Assembly (NCBI GenBank): GCA_965248195.1
Contig: CBDFIQ010000002.1
Span: 2,336,001 to 2,400,000, forward strand
Direction of reading: 5' to 3'
Source: Longimicrobiales bacterium
Lineage (GTDB): Bacteria > Gemmatimonadota > Gemmatimonadetes > Longimicrobiales > Gaopeijiaceae
Length of the DNA: 64,000 nucleotides
The position numbers and the translations under genes are program-made. Positions 61,295 through 64,000 of the stretch are shown here, piece by piece. The notes below the pieces were generated by a model. That model was not told the origin of the DNA. It made no database searches and saw only the letters and a list, made by a program, of their open reading frames with translations. The first letter of the stretch is position 1. Each line of letters begins with the position of its first letter.

Positions 61295-61615
61295 GAAGGC
61301 TGTTGAAGGAGTACAGTGGGCCGCGTTGCGGATGCCACGGTCCTAGCTCCTAGGCGGAGCGACGACGCCATAGCCGTAGCTATGGCTAGGAACTCCAACA
61401 ACGGGGGCACCACGCGCAGCGTGGTCGGGGCCGTGCCACCGCAACCCACAAACATGCAAGGTCATGCCCTAAATGGTGGAGGGCACAGGGCGGTTGTGCG
61501 GTTGATCCTGCGTCTCTCCTCCTCACCGTAGCGTTGCTACGCCTCGTCGTCGTTCCTTGTCTGAACGCGCACAAGCGCCCTGTGCGCGCCCCGCTGTACT
61601 CCTTCAATAGCCTTC
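61295..61615 (-). mobile_element. MITE-like structured repeat, copy 3 (321 bp), flanked by AAATGG direct repeats
   Basis: TIRs GAAGGCTGTTGAAGGAGTACAG / CTGTACTCCTTCAATAGCCTTC; AAATGG at 61289-61294 and 61616-61621. Confidence 0.9.
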
Positions 61616-61678
61616 AAATGGAAGACGCGGTAAACTCTACGCGAATCCCTGAACGTCACTCTTCCGACATCACAAGCC

Positions 61679-62890
61679 ATGGCACCGGACGAATTTCGTC
61701 CACCCCGACGGATCCTGCTGGTCGATTGCGACGCGTTTTACGTTCAGGTGGCACGCCTCGAGGATCCCGAGGGTGCGGGGAAGGCAGACTTACTCCTCGT
61801 CGGCGGCTCCCCCCGGGGACGTGGCGTCGTCACATCCGCATCTTACGGGGCACGCCGGTTCGGTGTTCGGTCCGCGATGCCCACCGCCCAAGCCCTCCAC
61901 CTGTGCCCGGACGCGATCGTCGTGGGCGTCCCGCGGCGGGCGTGTAGTCAAAAGAGCCGCGAGATCAGATCCTGCCTAGAGAGGCTCGCACCCGTCGTGC
62001 AGGCCGCATCGATCGACGAGTTCTACTTGGACCTCGCGGGCACCGAACGTCTTTTCGGCGAACCGCTGGAAGCGACGGCCCACCGCATACGCGAAGCCGT
62101 CCTCGAGGCGACCCGCATCTCGGTGTCCGTCGGAGGTGGAAGTCGTCGAATGATCGCCAAGCTCGCCTCCGGTAGGGCCAAACCCGGAGGCGTGCACATC
62201 GTCCCGCCGGGCCACGAGGCAGATTTCATGAGGGGGCTGGACTTGGCTGAAATTCCAGGCGTGGGCCCGGCGCTGGTCGAGGCGCTGCGAGTGAGGGGGC
62301 TGGTTCGCATCGAAGACGCTCTGGGACTCAAACAGGAGTGGCTCGAACGGTGGTTCGGGGCCCGTCGGGGGCACTGGCTCTACCGTCGCATGCGAGGACT
62401 GGATGCGTCGAGGGTGGATCCACGGGAGCCCCGTAAGTCCATCAGCTCCGAGCGCACGTTCTTCCAGGACCTGAATTCGGACGAAGACCTGGAGCGTGTG
62501 CTCCTACGCCTCTGCAGATCGGTCACTCACACCCTCCGCAAGGCCGGCCTTCGGGCCCGAACCATCACCGTCAAGCTCAGGGACCGGGACTTCAAGACCC
62601 GTTCACGCTCACAGACGGTGGCGGAGCCGCTTGAGACCGACGCCGCCACGTACCGGATCGCCCGAGAACTCTTGGCGGAATTGAGAAGCCGACGCAGGAC
62701 TCCCGCACGGCTCCTCGGCGTGGGCCTGACCAAATTGGGCTCGGGAGACGGTCCCGTCCAAATCGGACTGTTCGAGGAGAAGGCTCGCTTGGAAGGCCAC
62801 CGAGAACGGACGCTCGACCACGTCGTGGACGGTCTGCGCCAGCGCTTCGGGGACCGCGTGGTCCTGCCCGGTCGCATCATCGGGGATTGA
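61679..62890 (+). CDS. dinB: DNA polymerase IV
   Basis: VDCDAFY, SASYGAR.FGVRSAMP, SIDEFYLD, AKLAS..KPGG, KSISSERTF. Confidence 0.96.
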   Translation: MAPDEFRPPRRILLVDCDAFYVQVARLEDPEGAGKADLLLVGGSPRGRGVVTSASYGARRFGVRSAMPTAQALHLCPDAIVVGVPRRACSQKSREIRSCLERLAPVVQAASIDEFYLDLAGTERLFGEPLEATAHRIREAVLEATRISVSVGGGSRRMIAKLASGRAKPGGVHIVPPGHEADFMRGLDLAEIPGVGPALVEALRVRGLVRIEDALGLKQEWLERWFGARRGHWLYRRMRGLDASRVDPREPRKSISSERTFFQDLNSDEDLERVLLRLCRSVTHTLRKAGLRARTITVKLRDRDFKTRSRSQTVAEPLETDAATYRIARELLAELRSRRRTPARLLGVGLTKLGSGDGPVQIGLFEEKARLEGHRERTLDHVVDGLRQRFGDRVVLPGRIIGD

Positions 62891-62915
62891 CCGAAAGGCG
62901 TCGGAGGCCTGGCCT

Positions 62916-64000
62916 CTAGACCTTACCGCTGACCTTCCAGGGCTTTCTTTCAAAGTAGTCGTCGGTCAATTCCTTGATCTTTCCGGAAAGCAGGACCAAC
63001 GCGATCAGATTGGGGAGGATCACGATCCCTAGAGCAATATCTCCCAATTCCCATACGAGATTCAGAGCAACCAACGCCCCCACGTAGTGCATGATCAGGT
63101 AGACGACCTTATACGGTAGTACGGCCCCTTCACCGAATAGGTAGATCGCACAGCGGTCCCCGTAGTAGCTCCACGCTATGGCAGTGGAGATGCCGAAGAG
63201 GAAGACCGAAAGAATCACGATGTAATGGCCCCAATCGCCGAGAGGGGAGAGTCCCCTTCTGAAGGCATTCGTCGTGAGCGGTGCTCCACTCTCGACCGCC
63301 ATTCCCCAGAGCGACGTATAAACCGTACCGTCGTCTCCCACGGCCTCGCCTCGGGCCGGAAACACCGAACCGGTAAACGCCTGCGTCCTGCCCTCGTCCG
63401 TGGAAAACATTTCCACTGCCACTTCGTGCCACGCCACTAGAGCCGCACTCCCAGCAACGTGTGCTCCGCCTTGGATTCGGATCTCGGCGGGCAGATCGAC
63501 GTCTTCATATCCCGCCTCTGCGTCTCCGGAGACCCAACTGAGATCACCACCCTCGAGTGTGATTTCGGTGGGGAAGCGCTCATCGTATACGCCCGTCATT
63601 ACGATCACGAGCGCCGTCATCGTGACGATCACGATGGTGTCGATAAAGGGCCCGAGAAGTGCGACTACGGCCTCGGAGACGGGCTCTTCCGTCTTCGCGG
63701 CCGCGTGGGCGATGGGCGCGGACCCCTGACCCGCCTCATTGGAGAAGAGGCCTCGATTGACGCCCCAGATCATGGTGACGAGGATGGCGCCCACCCCAGT
63801 ACCCGCCACTCCAGCCGTGGGATTGAACGCCTCGCTGAAGATCGTGGTGAAGGCAGGGACCACCTCTCCCAGGTTCATGAAAACGATGAGCAGGGCGGAC
63901 AGCACATAAACGGCAGCCATGAACGGGGCCAGAATACTCGTGATGCGACCGATGCGGGTTATACCTCCCAGAATCACTGAGGCCACGATCGTGACCGTGA
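62916..64000 (-). CDS. Alanine/glycine:cation symporter (AGCS/AlsT), 5' end outside window
   Basis: GGITRIG, RGLFSNEAGQGSAPIAHAAA, PFIDTIV, WSYYG, PNLIAL. Confidence 0.93.
   Translation of the reverse strand, partial: TVTIVASVILGGITRIGRITSILAPFMAAVYVLSALLIVFMNLGEVVPAFTTIFSEAFNPTAGVAGTGVGAILVTMIWGVNRGLFSNEAGQGSAPIAHAAAKTEEPVSEAVVALLGPFIDTIVIVTMTALVIVMTGVYDERFPTEITLEGGDLSWVSGDAEAGYEDVDLPAEIRIQGGAHVAGSAALVAWHEVAVEMFSTDEGRTQAFTGSVFPARGEAVGDDGTVYTSLWGMAVESGAPLTTNAFRRGLSPLGDWGHYIVILSVFLFGISTAIAWSYYGDRCAIYLFGEGAVLPYKVVYLIMHYVGALVALNLVWELGDIALGIVILPNLIALVLLSGKIKELTDDYFERKPWKVSGKV

Noticed and set aside
230..61615. Repeat copies as a CRISPR array
   Set aside because: Dispersed ~300-bp units, no repeat-spacer periodicity and no cas genes
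61616..61678. LexA/SOS box upstream of dinB
   Set aside because: No palindrome matching a LexA motif I can support
1..64000. tRNA or rRNA genes
   Set aside because: No cloverleaf or T-loop context found by eye in intergenic regions; a tRNAscan-SE run would confirm

Overview
GC-rich bacterial chromosomal segment; the gene set and a diagnostic kinase remnant suggest Gemmatimonadota (inference). Layout: clpX(3' end)-lon-engB; a minus-strand run hslV-hslU-gcvT-mog-sigma54 activator; a ~20 kb accessory block (NHL protein, ankyrin/DUF1592/DUF1552/ABC permease, two PQQ dehydrogenases, LemA+GIDE-like pair, SDR, molybdoenzyme, gene remnants) separating hslV from xerC; xerC-trmFO-topA-aroK-aroC; a large type IV pilus locus (large lipoprotein, pilQPONM, four minor pilins, two tandem major pilins, two sigma54 two-component systems); then flavin reductase, LysM peptidase, sod, dinB and a partial AlsT-type symporter. 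Two highlights: (1) a GT2 gene plus two TMTC-like (GT-C + TPR) genes lie directly upstream of a Ser/Thr-rich major pilin, a candidate TMTC-type pilin glycosylation system; (2) a ~303 bp non-coding, two-armed hairpin element with 22-bp terminal inverted repeats occurs three times, and one copy interrupts a prepilin leader while apparently supplying a replacement RBS and start codon. Three small frameshifts look like possible sequencing indels. All calls come from motif recognition by eye; no database searches were run.
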